Source: Candidatus Aminicenantales bacterium | GTDB lineage: Bacteria; Acidobacteriota; Aminicenantia; Aminicenantales; Saccharicenantaceae | Length of the DNA: 64,000 bases | Direction: 5' to 3' | Assembly: GCA_049512315.1 (NCBI GenBank) | Contig: JBEKXF010000003.1 | Coordinates: 62,001-126,000 of the forward strand | Shown: one piece after another, positions 9,530 to 19,376 of the stretch | How positions within the stretch are numbered: position 1 is the first letter of the stretch | How the letters are laid out: the number at the start of each line of letters is the position of its first letter | Program-made: the position numbers and the translations under genes | The notes under the pieces: model-generated | The model's database searches: none | What the model saw: the letters and a program-made list of their open reading frames with translations, nothing else | Told to the model about the DNA's origin: nothing

Positions 9530-12496
9530 TTAATAGACGATCACCGTCTGGTTCAGCTCGGGAGCCGTCGCCGGGAAAAAGACCTCCTGGCCGTCGGCCC
9601 TGACCCGGATGTAGTACTCGATGTCCGAGTTCCCGTTCGAAACCGTCACCGTATAGACACCCCGGGCCACCTTATTCAGCGGCACGGGCGTGAACTTCCC
9701 TTTTCCGAGCGGCCGCCAGAGAAGCTCCGCCGAGGCCGGCTGCCCCTTGGCCAGGACGATGACCTTGAGGTTGAGCTTCTCCCCGTCCTCGAGGCCCGCC
9801 CTGAGGGCGGGGACGATGATCCGGGGCGAGCCAAGATAGACCTTGGAGAGGAAGGCCTCTTCCCGCGTCTCCTCTCCCAGGATCTTCCGGAGCTCCGCCC
9901 CCGGCTTGTCCCAGGCGGCGGGCAGCAGATGCTGCTCCCAGTTGGCGACGGTGCCGAGCTCGCCGGTCGTGCTCACGGTCCCAAGCAGGCCGTCGAAAAT
10001 CCTCCTGAGCGAGGCCGCCATCTCGACCCTGACGGGGACGGCGGTGAGCTTGGCCAGGTCCGCCTGCGCCTGCCGGTCCTTCTCCGCCTTGACCTTCTCC
10101 ATGGCCTGGTTGTACTGCCCCCAGAGGCAGTCGAAATGGGCGACCTCCCGCATGTACTCGAAATTCGCCAGCCAGTAGCCGAACCTTTCCCTGGCGCCCT
10201 TGCCTTCGATCTTCGGCTCGAGGGCCTTCAGCTCATCGACGAAGACATAGCTTTTCTCCATTTCGTCCCAGGGCCTGGTGTCCGGGAGGACGCTGCCCGG
10301 CCCGCCGATCCATGCCACGGGCACCGGGTGCCGGCTGTCGATTCGGGCGAAGATCGCCGCGGCCCCGTCGGCCGCCGCCGGGCCGAACTGGTTCGCCGCC
10401 CAGTCCCGGTAGAAATCGAGCGAGGCCATGGTGCGGTCCGTCTCCGGCCAGTCGGCTTCGTAATCCCCGGCGGCCGGTCCGCCGCAGTTGACCTTCCGCT
10501 TGAAGTCCTTCCCCTCGATCGCGATCCCGGCGATGGCCGGGTAATGGATGCGGTCGGCGAAATCGATGGCCAGCCGGCCGTTGGCGACCTCGATATTCTT
10601 GAAGGTGAAATCCAGGGCCCGGAATTTCCCGACCCGCTCGAAGATGTCCAGGCCGTCGATGACCTTGCGGCCCTGGAGGAGGACGTCGAAAAGGCGGCCC
10701 CTTTTCTGGTCGATCTGGCCTTCGACGAACTTCAGCGTCACCGTGTACCGGCCGTTCGGCACGGGGATGTAGTAGGCGAAGACCCGGTCGCGGACGTCCC
10801 GGTAGACGGCTTCCTCGTCCTCGGAGGCGCCGGCGATCTTCTGGTCCTTGAAGGCCGCATACTGCCCGGTGATGGGCCCGACGTCGTCGGCGACGTTCCG
10901 GGGCAGCGTGTTCCACCCCTGGTCCCAGGCCGCCCGGGCCAGGGCGGAGATATTGGCCGAGAGGATCCGCGTCCGCCAGTGGATGCCGAGGAGCCCGTCG
11001 CAGCCGTAGCGCAAGGCGTCGGCCGCGTCGCGCCGCATCCGCCCGACCCAGAGCTGGGGCGACGTCAGCGAGGGGTCGTCCTCGAGCCAGGGGATGGCCC
11101 ACTTGGAGCGCCCGGAGATCTTCGCGAAGCCGGGGTCGACCGGGGCCTTGCCGACTTCCCTGTTGATGCAGCTCACGGCCACGTCCTTGGGGAGGACCTG
11201 ATCGAAGAGGGTCCGGTTGGACGGCGGCCCGAGCACCCAGCCGCAGGTCGCCAGGCTGAAGGGAGGCGTGACCTCCCCCCAGGCCTTGACCGCCGCGTCG
11301 AGGTCCATGGTCACGGCCTTAATCTCCTCGGGCTTGGCATCGCTCCAGGTCCAGCCTTCCCAGCTCCAGAACCAGTAGTAATCGACGGGATAGGCCTTGG
11401 CGATGCGGCTGAAGATCCCTTTGTACAAGTCCTTGATGACCGCGGGGTCCTGGGGATTTTTCCTGACGTCCTTGAGGCGTTTCTGGACGAGGTCGGGCAC
11501 CGTTAGGGCGGTCTCCGTCCCGACGCACGTTTTCACGCCGAGCTTCCGGGCCAGGCTGAAGGCGTTCCGGAAGACGGCGGCTGCGCGGTTGAAGACCTCA
11601 TTCGAATCCTGCGGGGTCTTCGGCTCGGGGCACAGGCCTTCCATGACGTCGTTCCCGTAGTCGTCCCGGTCGAAGAGGAGGCTCGCGCCGAAATGGAAGT
11701 CGCCGGTCTTCTTGGCTTCATAACCCCAGTTCCCGCGGAGGGTGTTCTGGTAGCTCGCGGGGTAGCTCGCATGGACCGTCCCGTCCTCGGCCGAATCTCC
11801 GGCCGGTCCGATCCAGACCGTGGGTTCGGCGTTCGGGCCCTTCTCGGGGTAAGTGTGGAGGCCGAAGAAGTTCATCCGGAGCTTGGGGAGCTGGCCGATG
11901 ACGGCCTTATAGTTCTCGAGGCTCCACCAGTCCGGCCCCTCGGGAAAATCGTGGAAGGGCTGGATGCCCCGGGTGATAAAGAGGGGACGGCCCGTCTCAT
12001 TGAGGTCGACACTCAGGCCGGAGATCTTGCCGTCGGGGACGACATCGCCGTCGAGATAGAAGCGGATACCGAGCTTTTCGGCCAGCTGGTAGGCGCCGTA
12101 GAGAACCGCCGGCCCGCTGCCGCCAACGACCAGGACGAGCTTCTTCGAAAGGAACGGGACCGTCCTGAGCAGGTAATCCTGGGCCCCCAGGCCGGAGATC
12201 TTCCGGAGGACGTCCGGGTCGGTCAGGCCGTCGAGAAGGGGCGAGTCCTTTTGGACGACGACGATGCTGTCCCGCCGGATCTCGGAGAGCAAGGAGGGCC
12301 TGTTCATGTTGGGAAGGGCACCGGTGCGCAGGTAATAATAGCGGCGGATCTCCTTGGCCGCGGCCAGGTCGTGCCAGGACGCGTTCTTGTCGACGACGAC
12401 GTCGGGGCCCGAGCCTTTGGGGGCGCACGTGTCGAGGCTCAAGGCCGCGAACGCAAGGATCAAGAGGATCCCGACCGGAAATTTGCTTGCTACCAT
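9530..12496 (-). CDS. Secreted putative glycoside hydrolase with an internal malectin domain
   Basis: Signal peptide; GH67/GH20-like N-terminal domain (LYGAYQLAEKLGIRF); TIM-barrel-like core (RGIQPFHDFPEGPDWW, GLLGIHWRT); malectin motifs YTVTLKFVE and RLFDVLLQG; GGAGGA RBS before MVASK. Confidence 0.7.
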   Translation of the reverse strand: MVASKFPVGILLILAFAALSLDTCAPKGSGPDVVVDKNASWHDLAAAKEIRRYYYLRTGALPNMNRPSLLSEIRRDSIVVVQKDSPLLDGLTDPDVLRKISGLGAQDYLLRTVPFLSKKLVLVVGGSGPAVLYGAYQLAEKLGIRFYLDGDVVPDGKISGLSVDLNETGRPLFITRGIQPFHDFPEGPDWWSLENYKAVIGQLPKLRMNFFGLHTYPEKGPNAEPTVWIGPAGDSAEDGTVHASYPASYQNTLRGNWGYEAKKTGDFHFGASLLFDRDDYGNDVMEGLCPEPKTPQDSNEVFNRAAAVFRNAFSLARKLGVKTCVGTETALTVPDLVQKRLKDVRKNPQDPAVIKDLYKGIFSRIAKAYPVDYYWFWSWEGWTWSDAKPEEIKAVTMDLDAAVKAWGEVTPPFSLATCGWVLGPPSNRTLFDQVLPKDVAVSCINREVGKAPVDPGFAKISGRSKWAIPWLEDDPSLTSPQLWVGRMRRDAADALRYGCDGLLGIHWRTRILSANISALARAAWDQGWNTLPRNVADDVGPITGQYAAFKDQKIAGASEDEEAVYRDVRDRVFAYYIPVPNGRYTVTLKFVEGQIDQKRGRLFDVLLQGRKVIDGLDIFERVGKFRALDFTFKNIEVANGRLAIDFADRIHYPAIAGIAIEGKDFKRKVNCGGPAAGDYEADWPETDRTMASLDFYRDWAANQFGPAAADGAAAIFARIDSRHPVPVAWIGGPGSVLPDTRPWDEMEKSYVFVDELKALEPKIEGKGARERFGYWLANFEYMREVAHFDCLWGQYNQAMEKVKAEKDRQAQADLAKLTAVPVRVEMAASLRRIFDGLLGTVSTTGELGTVANWEQHLLPAAWDKPGAELRKILGEETREEAFLSKVYLGSPRIIVPALRAGLEDGEKLNLKVIVLAKGQPASAELLWRPLGKGKFTPVPLNKVARGVYTVTVSNGNSDIEYYIRVRADGQEVFFPATAPELNQTVIVY

Positions 12497-12643
12497 CGGA
12501 TCCTCCTCCTTCGGGGTTGCCTTCATTCTAATACGGGGACGGGAGGGTTTTCAATGACTCCCGCCGGAACTCTCCCCTCCTCCTATTTTAGTCGCGGATT
12601 TGGCCTTGGGAAACGCTTTTTGATAAGATGGGGTGGCGCCGTC

Positions 12644-13720
12644 ATGACGATCCGAGAACGATTTAACAAGGTCTTTCGTTGGGAGAAGCCGGAGTGCGTC
12701 CCCGACATGGAGTTCGGCTACTGGGATAAGACGATCGCCGTCTGGCACGAGCAGGGCCTGCCGCGCGACTGCCGGACCAACGAGGACGTGGAGCGGCATC
12801 TGAGATTGGAGGGGATCTCCATCATCCCCGAGGTCCCCATCCAAAGGGGGCTATTTCCGGCGTTTGAGGAAAAGACGATCGAGCGGCAGGGCGAGCGGCG
12901 CCTTGTCCGAACCAAGGATGGCGCTCTCACCGAAATGCTCGACTATGATTCGTCCATGCCCAAGTTCATCAAGTTCGCCGTCGAGACGCGGTCCGACTGG
13001 GAAAAGCTTCGTGACGAGCGCCTCGATCCCCGGCGCCCCGGCCGGGTCGGCGACGTGAGGGCGGCCGTCGACAAAGCGCATGCGGACGGCATGCCGATCC
13101 TCTTCCACTGCGGGTCGCTGTACGGCTGGCTCCGCGACTGGATGGGCCTCGAGAACCTGTCGATCGCGCTCATGACCGACCGCGACTGGGTCGAAGAGAT
13201 GATGGAGCATATAACCAGGATGGACCTGGATTTCATCGAGAAGGACATCCCGGCGGGCGCGGTCGACGTCGCCTGGTGGTGGGAGGATATGTGCTACAAC
13301 CACGGGCCGCTCATGTCGCCGAAGCTCTTCGAGGAGCTCATGGTCCCGCGCTACAAGCGGATCACGGACGCCCTCAAGACCCGGGAGATCGGCGTCAACG
13401 TCCTCGATTGCGACGGCCGGATCTACGAGCTCGTGCCGGGATGGCTCAGGGGCGGCATCAACTGCATGTTCCCGATCGAGGCGGCCCACACCGACCCGTG
13501 GCGCCTGCGCGAGGAATACGGCAAGGACGTGCTGCTTCTGGGCGGGGTCAACAAGCTGGCCCTTATCGCGGGTAAGGATGCCATCGACCGCGAGCTCGAA
13601 CGCCTCCATCCGCTCGTCGGGCGCGGCGGGTACGTGCCGTGCGTCGACCACCGGGTCCCGCCCGACGTCACCTATGAAAACTATCTCTATTACTTAGAAA
13701 AAAAGAAAGCCATTCTTTAG
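12644..13720 (+). CDS. Uroporphyrinogen decarboxylase family protein
   Basis: MTIRERF start; WEDMCYNHGPLMSP, DCDG, LLGGVNK and GGYVPCVDHRVPPDV motifs. The upstream part of ORF 11693 is an antisense shadow. Confidence 0.88.
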   Translation: MTIRERFNKVFRWEKPECVPDMEFGYWDKTIAVWHEQGLPRDCRTNEDVERHLRLEGISIIPEVPIQRGLFPAFEEKTIERQGERRLVRTKDGALTEMLDYDSSMPKFIKFAVETRSDWEKLRDERLDPRRPGRVGDVRAAVDKAHADGMPILFHCGSLYGWLRDWMGLENLSIALMTDRDWVEEMMEHITRMDLDFIEKDIPAGAVDVAWWWEDMCYNHGPLMSPKLFEELMVPRYKRITDALKTREIGVNVLDCDGRIYELVPGWLRGGINCMFPIEAAHTDPWRLREEYGKDVLLLGGVNKLALIAGKDAIDRELERLHPLVGRGGYVPCVDHRVPPDVTYENYLYYLEKKKAIL

Positions 13721-13752
13721 CAGGGGGACACGACACTCTGTGCCTCATTCTG

Positions 13753-15522
13753 CTACTCCAGCTTGACCGTCTTTTCCAGCGTCCCGGCGTGCCGTGATTC
13801 GTAGCGGACGGTGATCTCGCCCTTACCCCGGACCAGGAATTGGTACTCCGTCTTGCCGAAACCCGGGACAAAGAGGAACTGCACCTCGGGCCGGTACTTC
13901 TTGTAGACCACCTGGTCGGTGTAAGGATTGGCCAGAACGCCGCCGGCCACGACCTTGGCGCCCCCGCCCGAGACCCGGAGAGTATCCTTAGGATAGAGCC
14001 GCGTCTTCTGGGCCTGATAGGTCATCGTCGGCATGGCCTTGCCGTTGGCCAATCTTGTCCGCACGCGATAGAGGTCGCTCCCGACCTTTTTGACTTCCGT
14101 CACTTCCAAGCTGACCTCCGGCACGTGCTTGGCCGAGAAAAGGACGGCCATGGAGTTGCGATGGACCAGGTCCGGAAGCATGAACGGCGCGGGCAGGCGG
14201 CTGCTCATCTTGACCCAGCCTCCGATCTCGATGTCCCCGTACGTCGGATGCTTGAAAGGTTTCCAAGGTTTGTAGAGCTCGCCCTGGGTCAGGTTGTCGC
14301 TGTACTTGAGCCGTTCGCGGTCCGTCATGTCGCCGAACATGAAGCCTCTCGGCCCTTCCTCGCCGGCCGCGGACGGTTGTTCGCTCTTCTTCTCGCCCTG
14401 CCCCTTGAACGTCTCGCTCTCGGACTGAAAGACCTCGCCGCAATAGCCGTAGGCCCCGAGAGTCTGGCACAGCCATTCGAGAGAATCGCCGTAGGTCGTG
14501 TAGAGGTCCTTCCAGCTGATCATGTATTTGTAGCCGGGCGTGATCCGTTCGGCCTGCTTGCCGATATAGTCGTAAACCGCCACATCCCCCTGCGGATACT
14601 CGCCGAGGCCCTTACGGCTCGGCCCGCGCAGGTACATCCCGCCGAAATTGTGGAACGTCCAGCCGATGCAGATGTTGGCTTTCGTCTGCGTCCAGAGCGC
14701 CAGCGCCTTGAGCCCGACCGCCTGGAACGGATAATCGCCGGAGCCGCTCTGGACGTAATCCGGCGCCCAGTCTAAGCCCCATTGCCGGTTGGGGTCGACA
14801 TAGCCTTCGGCGTCCTCGTTGATCAGGCCGTCTCCGTCGTTGTCGATCCCTTCCTCGCCGAGGATCGTCCATTCGCCTTTCTCGCCCGGCTTCACCGGGA
14901 CCATGAGCCGAGGGTCCTCGGGGTCGGTCTTGTACATGCCGTAGGGATCTTTTTTCCGCATCATGCAGATGTTGCCGTCGCCGTCGAGGTCGTCGGGGAA
15001 ATCCTCATCCACCAGGCCGTCATGGTCGTCGTCTCTCGGGATGCGCAGGCTCCGGTTGGAGCTCGGGGTGTTGGCGTCATGGAAAAAGTGCCAGCGGCCA
15101 TCCGTGTTAACGACGGGTACGACGTAAAACACTTTTTTATCGAGGAGCTCGGTGACGTCCTTGTTTTTCCCGTAGTTTCCCAAAAGATAATCCAGAAGGT
15201 AAAGACAGATCTCCCCGCCCTGGATCTCATTGCCGTGGATGTTGCCGTCGACATAGATCCCGGGCTTCGCCAGCGAGGGTCCGGTCTTCGGGTTGTTGAC
15301 CGTTACGGCGTAAAGGGGGCGGCCTTCCTCGCTTTTTCCGACCTCTTCGAGCGTGGTCATATCGGGGTAGGCTTGATGGATCGCCTGGACGGCCTCGTAG
15401 ACCTGCTCCAGGGTGTAATAGTGATCGAACCGCAGCGGAACGGTGATTTTCACGTTTTGGTTCTGGGCCGGGACCGATGCCGCCAGGATCAGGACCAGGG
15501 ACAAGAACAGGATCTTCCTCAT
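13753..15522 (-). CDS. M14 zinc carboxypeptidase family protein (catalytic motifs intact)
   Basis: Signal peptide; GNIHGNE (HxxE), VVPVVNTDG, PNRQW and TFHNFGG (third Zn His); DxDxDG acidic repeats. Confidence 0.9.
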   Translation of the reverse strand: MRKILFLSLVLILAASVPAQNQNVKITVPLRFDHYYTLEQVYEAVQAIHQAYPDMTTLEEVGKSEEGRPLYAVTVNNPKTGPSLAKPGIYVDGNIHGNEIQGGEICLYLLDYLLGNYGKNKDVTELLDKKVFYVVPVVNTDGRWHFFHDANTPSSNRSLRIPRDDDHDGLVDEDFPDDLDGDGNICMMRKKDPYGMYKTDPEDPRLMVPVKPGEKGEWTILGEEGIDNDGDGLINEDAEGYVDPNRQWGLDWAPDYVQSGSGDYPFQAVGLKALALWTQTKANICIGWTFHNFGGMYLRGPSRKGLGEYPQGDVAVYDYIGKQAERITPGYKYMISWKDLYTTYGDSLEWLCQTLGAYGYCGEVFQSESETFKGQGEKKSEQPSAAGEEGPRGFMFGDMTDRERLKYSDNLTQGELYKPWKPFKHPTYGDIEIGGWVKMSSRLPAPFMLPDLVHRNSMAVLFSAKHVPEVSLEVTEVKKVGSDLYRVRTRLANGKAMPTMTYQAQKTRLYPKDTLRVSGGGAKVVAGGVLANPYTDQVVYKKYRPEVQFLFVPGFGKTEYQFLVRGKGEITVRYESRHAGTLEKTVKLE

Positions 15523-17537
15523 TTCGCACCTCCCAAGTTCAGGGTCTTGGAGTCGCCCCAGGCGATCCGCGTGGATGCCTTGACTTCGACCCGGACCGGT
15601 TTCTCGGCGTGGACAAGCCAGCGGACGACCTGCGCGCCGTTTCCGTCGATCGCGGAGACCAAACTCCGCTTCTTTCCCTCCACGATGGTGAAATCCTTCC
15701 CCTCGAGGGTGACGATCGCGGGGATGATCCGGTTGTTCCGCCGGCCCATGGCCGTCGGATAAGGGAGGTAGCCGGCATTTTCGACCCAGACCTCGATGGC
15801 ATAAACACCTCCGCCGAGGGACTTGACCTCGGTCTTCCCGAGCTTGATCCGGGCCATTTTGGCCGCGATCTCGAAGACCCAGGGGACCTGCCCCTTGAGG
15901 AGGGGTTCAATCTTCGCGGCCGGCGGCGTGGTGTCGGTGAACGGCACGGCGCCGCCGATTTCGACATCGCCCAACTGGGGATGCGTGAAGGGCTTCCAAG
16001 TGACGAAGCCCTTGCCCTCGAGCTCCTTGTCGCTATAGGCGAGGAGGGCTTTCTCCTTCGGGTCCGTCCCTTCCTCGCTCGGCGGCTTGGGCAGCTGCCG
16101 CATCATCTCGGCCATCTGCTTGGTCGTCATCTGGCCGGCCTTGAGGCCCTCAAAGAGCTGTTTAGCCTTGAACTGGGGCGGCGCTCCGGACGACTTCAGG
16201 AAGGCGTCGACTTTCTCCTCGCCGAGGGCGATGAACTCGTCGTTCGTCATCTTCTCCAGCTTCTCGGGCGTGATGTCCGCCTCCTTCTTCTCCTCCTTGA
16301 CCTCGGGCAGCGTCCAGAAATCCAGGCTGAAGGACGGGAGGCCGAGTTGATAGTAGGAATAGAGTTCGAACGAGCCGTCCTTGTCAGCGGCGGGCTCGAG
16401 GCGTTTCTCGTCGAGCTTGGCCTTCTTGAGAAATTCCTTGTACTTGTCGGAGAGCTCCTTGTAGAACTTGAGGTCCTCGGGGAGCGGGTTGACGACCGCG
16501 CCCAGGCCCAGGAAGCTCGCGATCATGGACTCGTTGACCTGCATGCCTTCGGGCACGAGCGGCTTGACCATCTCCATGATCTCGGCCATGGTGTAGGTCT
16601 TGGTGGGGTCGGCGCCGATGAATCCGGCCATGTTCTCCGGGATTTTGATCTGGTTGAGGTCGGCGTCGCCCTTGCGGCCGCCCCGGGGAGGATTCAGGCA
16701 GAAGTTGGTCGATCCGAGGACGAAGGTCAGGCCGATCTCCTGGTGCTCGTTGACGAATTTCATGATGGCGAAGCTCTCGGGCTCGCTTCCGGGCCAGGGA
16801 CCGCTCTCCGACGTAAAGGGGTGGAACAGGTGCGGGAACTGGATGCCGATGTTGACCCCGCCGGGCGGGTCCTCGTTGTACTCGCCGTCGCCGTCGTTGT
16901 CGATACCTTCCGTATATAACTTATAAATACCCTTCTCGCCTTTGGACCAATCGGCCTTCTTCATGAGGCGGGGCTCACCGGGGACGGGAAGCCACTCCCC
17001 CGCCGGGTCCTTGACCCTCATCATCGTGATGACGCCGTTCCCGTCGAGGTCGTCATAGCCGTCTTCGTCGACCGCGTCGTCCATGTCGTCGTTGGACCGG
17101 CGCAAATTCCTCGGGTCCGAATAAAGAGGCTTGGCGAAAAAGCGGGCCGCCGCGTCAGGATTGGGACAGGGCAAGATGTACCAGGTGAGGTTCTTCCGGA
17201 CGTCCGGCTTTTCGATGAGCTGTTTCACGAGGTAGAGGGCAGCCTCGCCGGAGATCGGGACAACGCCCTCGAAATCGGCCCCGACGAAGACCGCGGGAAC
17301 GGTTTTATCCGCCTTCCCGACTTCGGGACCGATCTCGATCAGGAGGACGTCCCGGCCGCCGGGGCTCTGGGCCAGCCTGTGGACCTTCGCGACCGCGGCG
17401 TTGGTTGCGGCGTATTCCTGGAGGGCCGTGGCGAGCTCAGCAGGAGTGTGATACTTGTCGAACGCCACGGCGGCGCTCAGCCCCGACGCCAGGGCTAAGA
17501 GACCGAACAAGAAGACAACCCAGCGCTTGTGGTTCAT
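15519..17537 (-). CDS. M14 carboxypeptidase-fold protein with degenerate zinc site
   Basis: Signal peptide; paralogous to the neighbour (ILPCPNPD, DxDxDG repeats, WKPFTHPQLGDVEIGG), but HxxE is replaced by ADFEGVVP and the third His by FVLGS. Confidence 0.85.
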   Translation of the reverse strand: MNHKRWVVFLFGLLALASGLSAAVAFDKYHTPAELATALQEYAATNAAVAKVHRLAQSPGGRDVLLIEIGPEVGKADKTVPAVFVGADFEGVVPISGEAALYLVKQLIEKPDVRKNLTWYILPCPNPDAAARFFAKPLYSDPRNLRRSNDDMDDAVDEDGYDDLDGNGVITMMRVKDPAGEWLPVPGEPRLMKKADWSKGEKGIYKLYTEGIDNDGDGEYNEDPPGGVNIGIQFPHLFHPFTSESGPWPGSEPESFAIMKFVNEHQEIGLTFVLGSTNFCLNPPRGGRKGDADLNQIKIPENMAGFIGADPTKTYTMAEIMEMVKPLVPEGMQVNESMIASFLGLGAVVNPLPEDLKFYKELSDKYKEFLKKAKLDEKRLEPAADKDGSFELYSYYQLGLPSFSLDFWTLPEVKEEKKEADITPEKLEKMTNDEFIALGEEKVDAFLKSSGAPPQFKAKQLFEGLKAGQMTTKQMAEMMRQLPKPPSEEGTDPKEKALLAYSDKELEGKGFVTWKPFTHPQLGDVEIGGAVPFTDTTPPAAKIEPLLKGQVPWVFEIAAKMARIKLGKTEVKSLGGGVYAIEVWVENAGYLPYPTAMGRRNNRIIPAIVTLEGKDFTIVEGKKRSLVSAIDGNGAQVVRWLVHAEKPVRVEVKASTRIAWGDSKTLNLGGAK

Positions 17538-17878
17538 GGTCACCTCGACATTGAAATACCAACGAGCCGCTCGTCCAGCGATCCGGGCGGGCGGCTTTCC
17601 ATAAGCCCGTATTCTCCCACTTCCCCAGGAAGACGGCAAGAGGGCGAAAAAGGGACAGAATTCGAACGCACATCCGATTATACGTATACCGAAATAAAAA
17701 AGTTTCGCCGGACATCGAGATCATTTTTCATTCTTCACAGATTGGCGGTCTCTAAAGCAACTGAATTGTGATATCCTGCGTAATGAATGGGGAGTATTGG
17801 TTGATAATTCTCTGACGCTTGATCGCCGGCCGGGGAACTCTGCGGAAGCCGGCCGACGTCGTGCCGAAAGGAGCCCGG

Positions 17879-19369
17879 ATGAAGACAAAAGCCCTCATTC
17901 TCAGCCCTTTGATCGCCTGTCTTCTGCTGGCCCCGGCGGCCCGGGCCCAGCAGCCGGCCGCGCCGGCTTTCCAGGACACGACCGTCCTGCCGGAGGGCCA
18001 AAAAGGGGCGCGCGTCCGCTCCCTCATCGAGGCCATCAACTCCGGCGACCGGGACCGCATCCGCCGCTTCCTCGACCAGGAATGTGCCAGCGGGTTCCAG
18101 CGGGCCGTCCCGATGGACGACCACATCTCCACCCTTCTCGGTTTTTTGAGAGATACGGGCGGCATCGAATTTTGCAGCGTCCGCACCTACACTCCCGAGC
18201 GCCCGGGCGCGACCGTGGTCATCGTCAAGGACCGGAACATGGGGAGCTTTTGGGGCCTGAGCTTCCATTTCGCCGAACTCTCGGGGTACCTCGTGGCGGG
18301 CCTCGAGTTCAGTCCCGCCCGGCCTCCGGCCGGCCCTCCGGAAACGCCGCTGACAGAGAAGGAAGCCATCGACGAGATCCGGAGCCTCACGGCCGGACTT
18401 ATCCAGAAAGGCTGGCTCTCTGGGACGTTGCTCATCGCTAAAGGGCCCGGCGTGCTCCTGACGATGGCCGCCGGGGAAGCCAGCAAGTCCTATCACATTC
18501 CGAACAATATCGACACCAAGTTCAATCTGGGCTCGATGAACAAGATGTTCACGGCCACGGCCGCCGCCCGGCTCGTCGAGCTCGGCAAGATCTCCTTCGA
18601 CGACCCGATCAGCAAGTACATCGACGAAACATGGCTCCCGAAGGACATCACGGACAAGATCACGGTCCGGCAGCTCATAACTCACACCTCCGGGCTGGGG
18701 AGCTATTTCAACGAGCTCTTCGACCGGAGCTCCCGCACTCTGTTCCGGAAACTCGACGACTACAAGCCGCTCATCAAGGACGACAAACCCGCGTTTCCGC
18801 CGGGCGAGCGCTTCCAGTACAGCAACACCGGCATGTTCCTGTTGGGGGTCGTGATCGAAAAAGCCACGCGTGAAGACTACTTCGACCATATCCGCAAGGT
18901 GATCTACACGCCGTCCGGGATGACGGACACCGACTGCTACGAGATGGATTACCCCGTCGAGAACCTGGCCATCGGCTACAGCCCCGATTGGAATAGCCCC
19001 TATCGCTGGCAGAACAACCTCTACAAGCACGTCCTCAGGGGCGGGCCGGCCGGGGGAGGCTTTTCGACGGTCAAGGACCTCCACAAGTTCGCCCTCGCCC
19101 TCCTCGCCGGCAAGCTCATCTCCAAGGAGATGCTGCGGACACTCTGGACGGACTACAAGGGTGAGGATTACGGCTACGGGTTCGGGGTCAGGCAGAGCCC
19201 CGCGGGGAAGATCGTCGGCCACAGCGGCGGTTTCGACGGCATCAATTCGGAGCTCGATATCTACGTCGACTCCGGCTACATCGTCGTCGTCATGTCCAAC
19301 TATGACAACGGGGCCAGCCCGCTGGCCACGCGGATCGGCCGGACCCTGGCCCGGGTGAAAGCTCCGTAA
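17879..19369 (+). CDS. Serine hydrolase (beta-lactamase class C / peptidase S12 family)
   Basis: Signal peptide; FNLGSMNKMF (SxxK), LITHTSG, YSN and GHSGG motifs. Confidence 0.92.
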   Translation: MKTKALILSPLIACLLLAPAARAQQPAAPAFQDTTVLPEGQKGARVRSLIEAINSGDRDRIRRFLDQECASGFQRAVPMDDHISTLLGFLRDTGGIEFCSVRTYTPERPGATVVIVKDRNMGSFWGLSFHFAELSGYLVAGLEFSPARPPAGPPETPLTEKEAIDEIRSLTAGLIQKGWLSGTLLIAKGPGVLLTMAAGEASKSYHIPNNIDTKFNLGSMNKMFTATAAARLVELGKISFDDPISKYIDETWLPKDITDKITVRQLITHTSGLGSYFNELFDRSSRTLFRKLDDYKPLIKDDKPAFPPGERFQYSNTGMFLLGVVIEKATREDYFDHIRKVIYTPSGMTDTDCYEMDYPVENLAIGYSPDWNSPYRWQNNLYKHVLRGGPAGGGFSTVKDLHKFALALLAGKLISKEMLRTLWTDYKGEDYGYGFGVRQSPAGKIVGHSGGFDGINSELDIYVDSGYIVVVMSNYDNGASPLATRIGRTLARVKAP

Positions 19370-19376
19370 GGCCCGC

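Noticed and set aside
9929..11506. Long antisense or alternate-frame ORFs (e.g. 9929-11506, 15477-16919, 17735-19222, 21465-22826, 29610-31085, 42062-43471, 56402-58021)
   Set aside because: They shadow well-supported genes, have no recognisable motifs and are expected in high-GC DNA.
11693..12643. Apparent N-terminal extensions or fusions in the ORF track (11693, 39480, 42889, 49361, 58903 starts)
   Set aside because: The extensions overlap neighbouring real genes; internal starts with an RBS, a signal peptide or an ATGA overlap fit better.
17538..17690. Long leader upstream of the M14 pair as a possible riboswitch
   Set aside because: No core motifs of TPP, cobalamin, SAM, c-di-GMP or T-box classes were recognisable by eye. 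An Rfam scan would be needed to exclude it.
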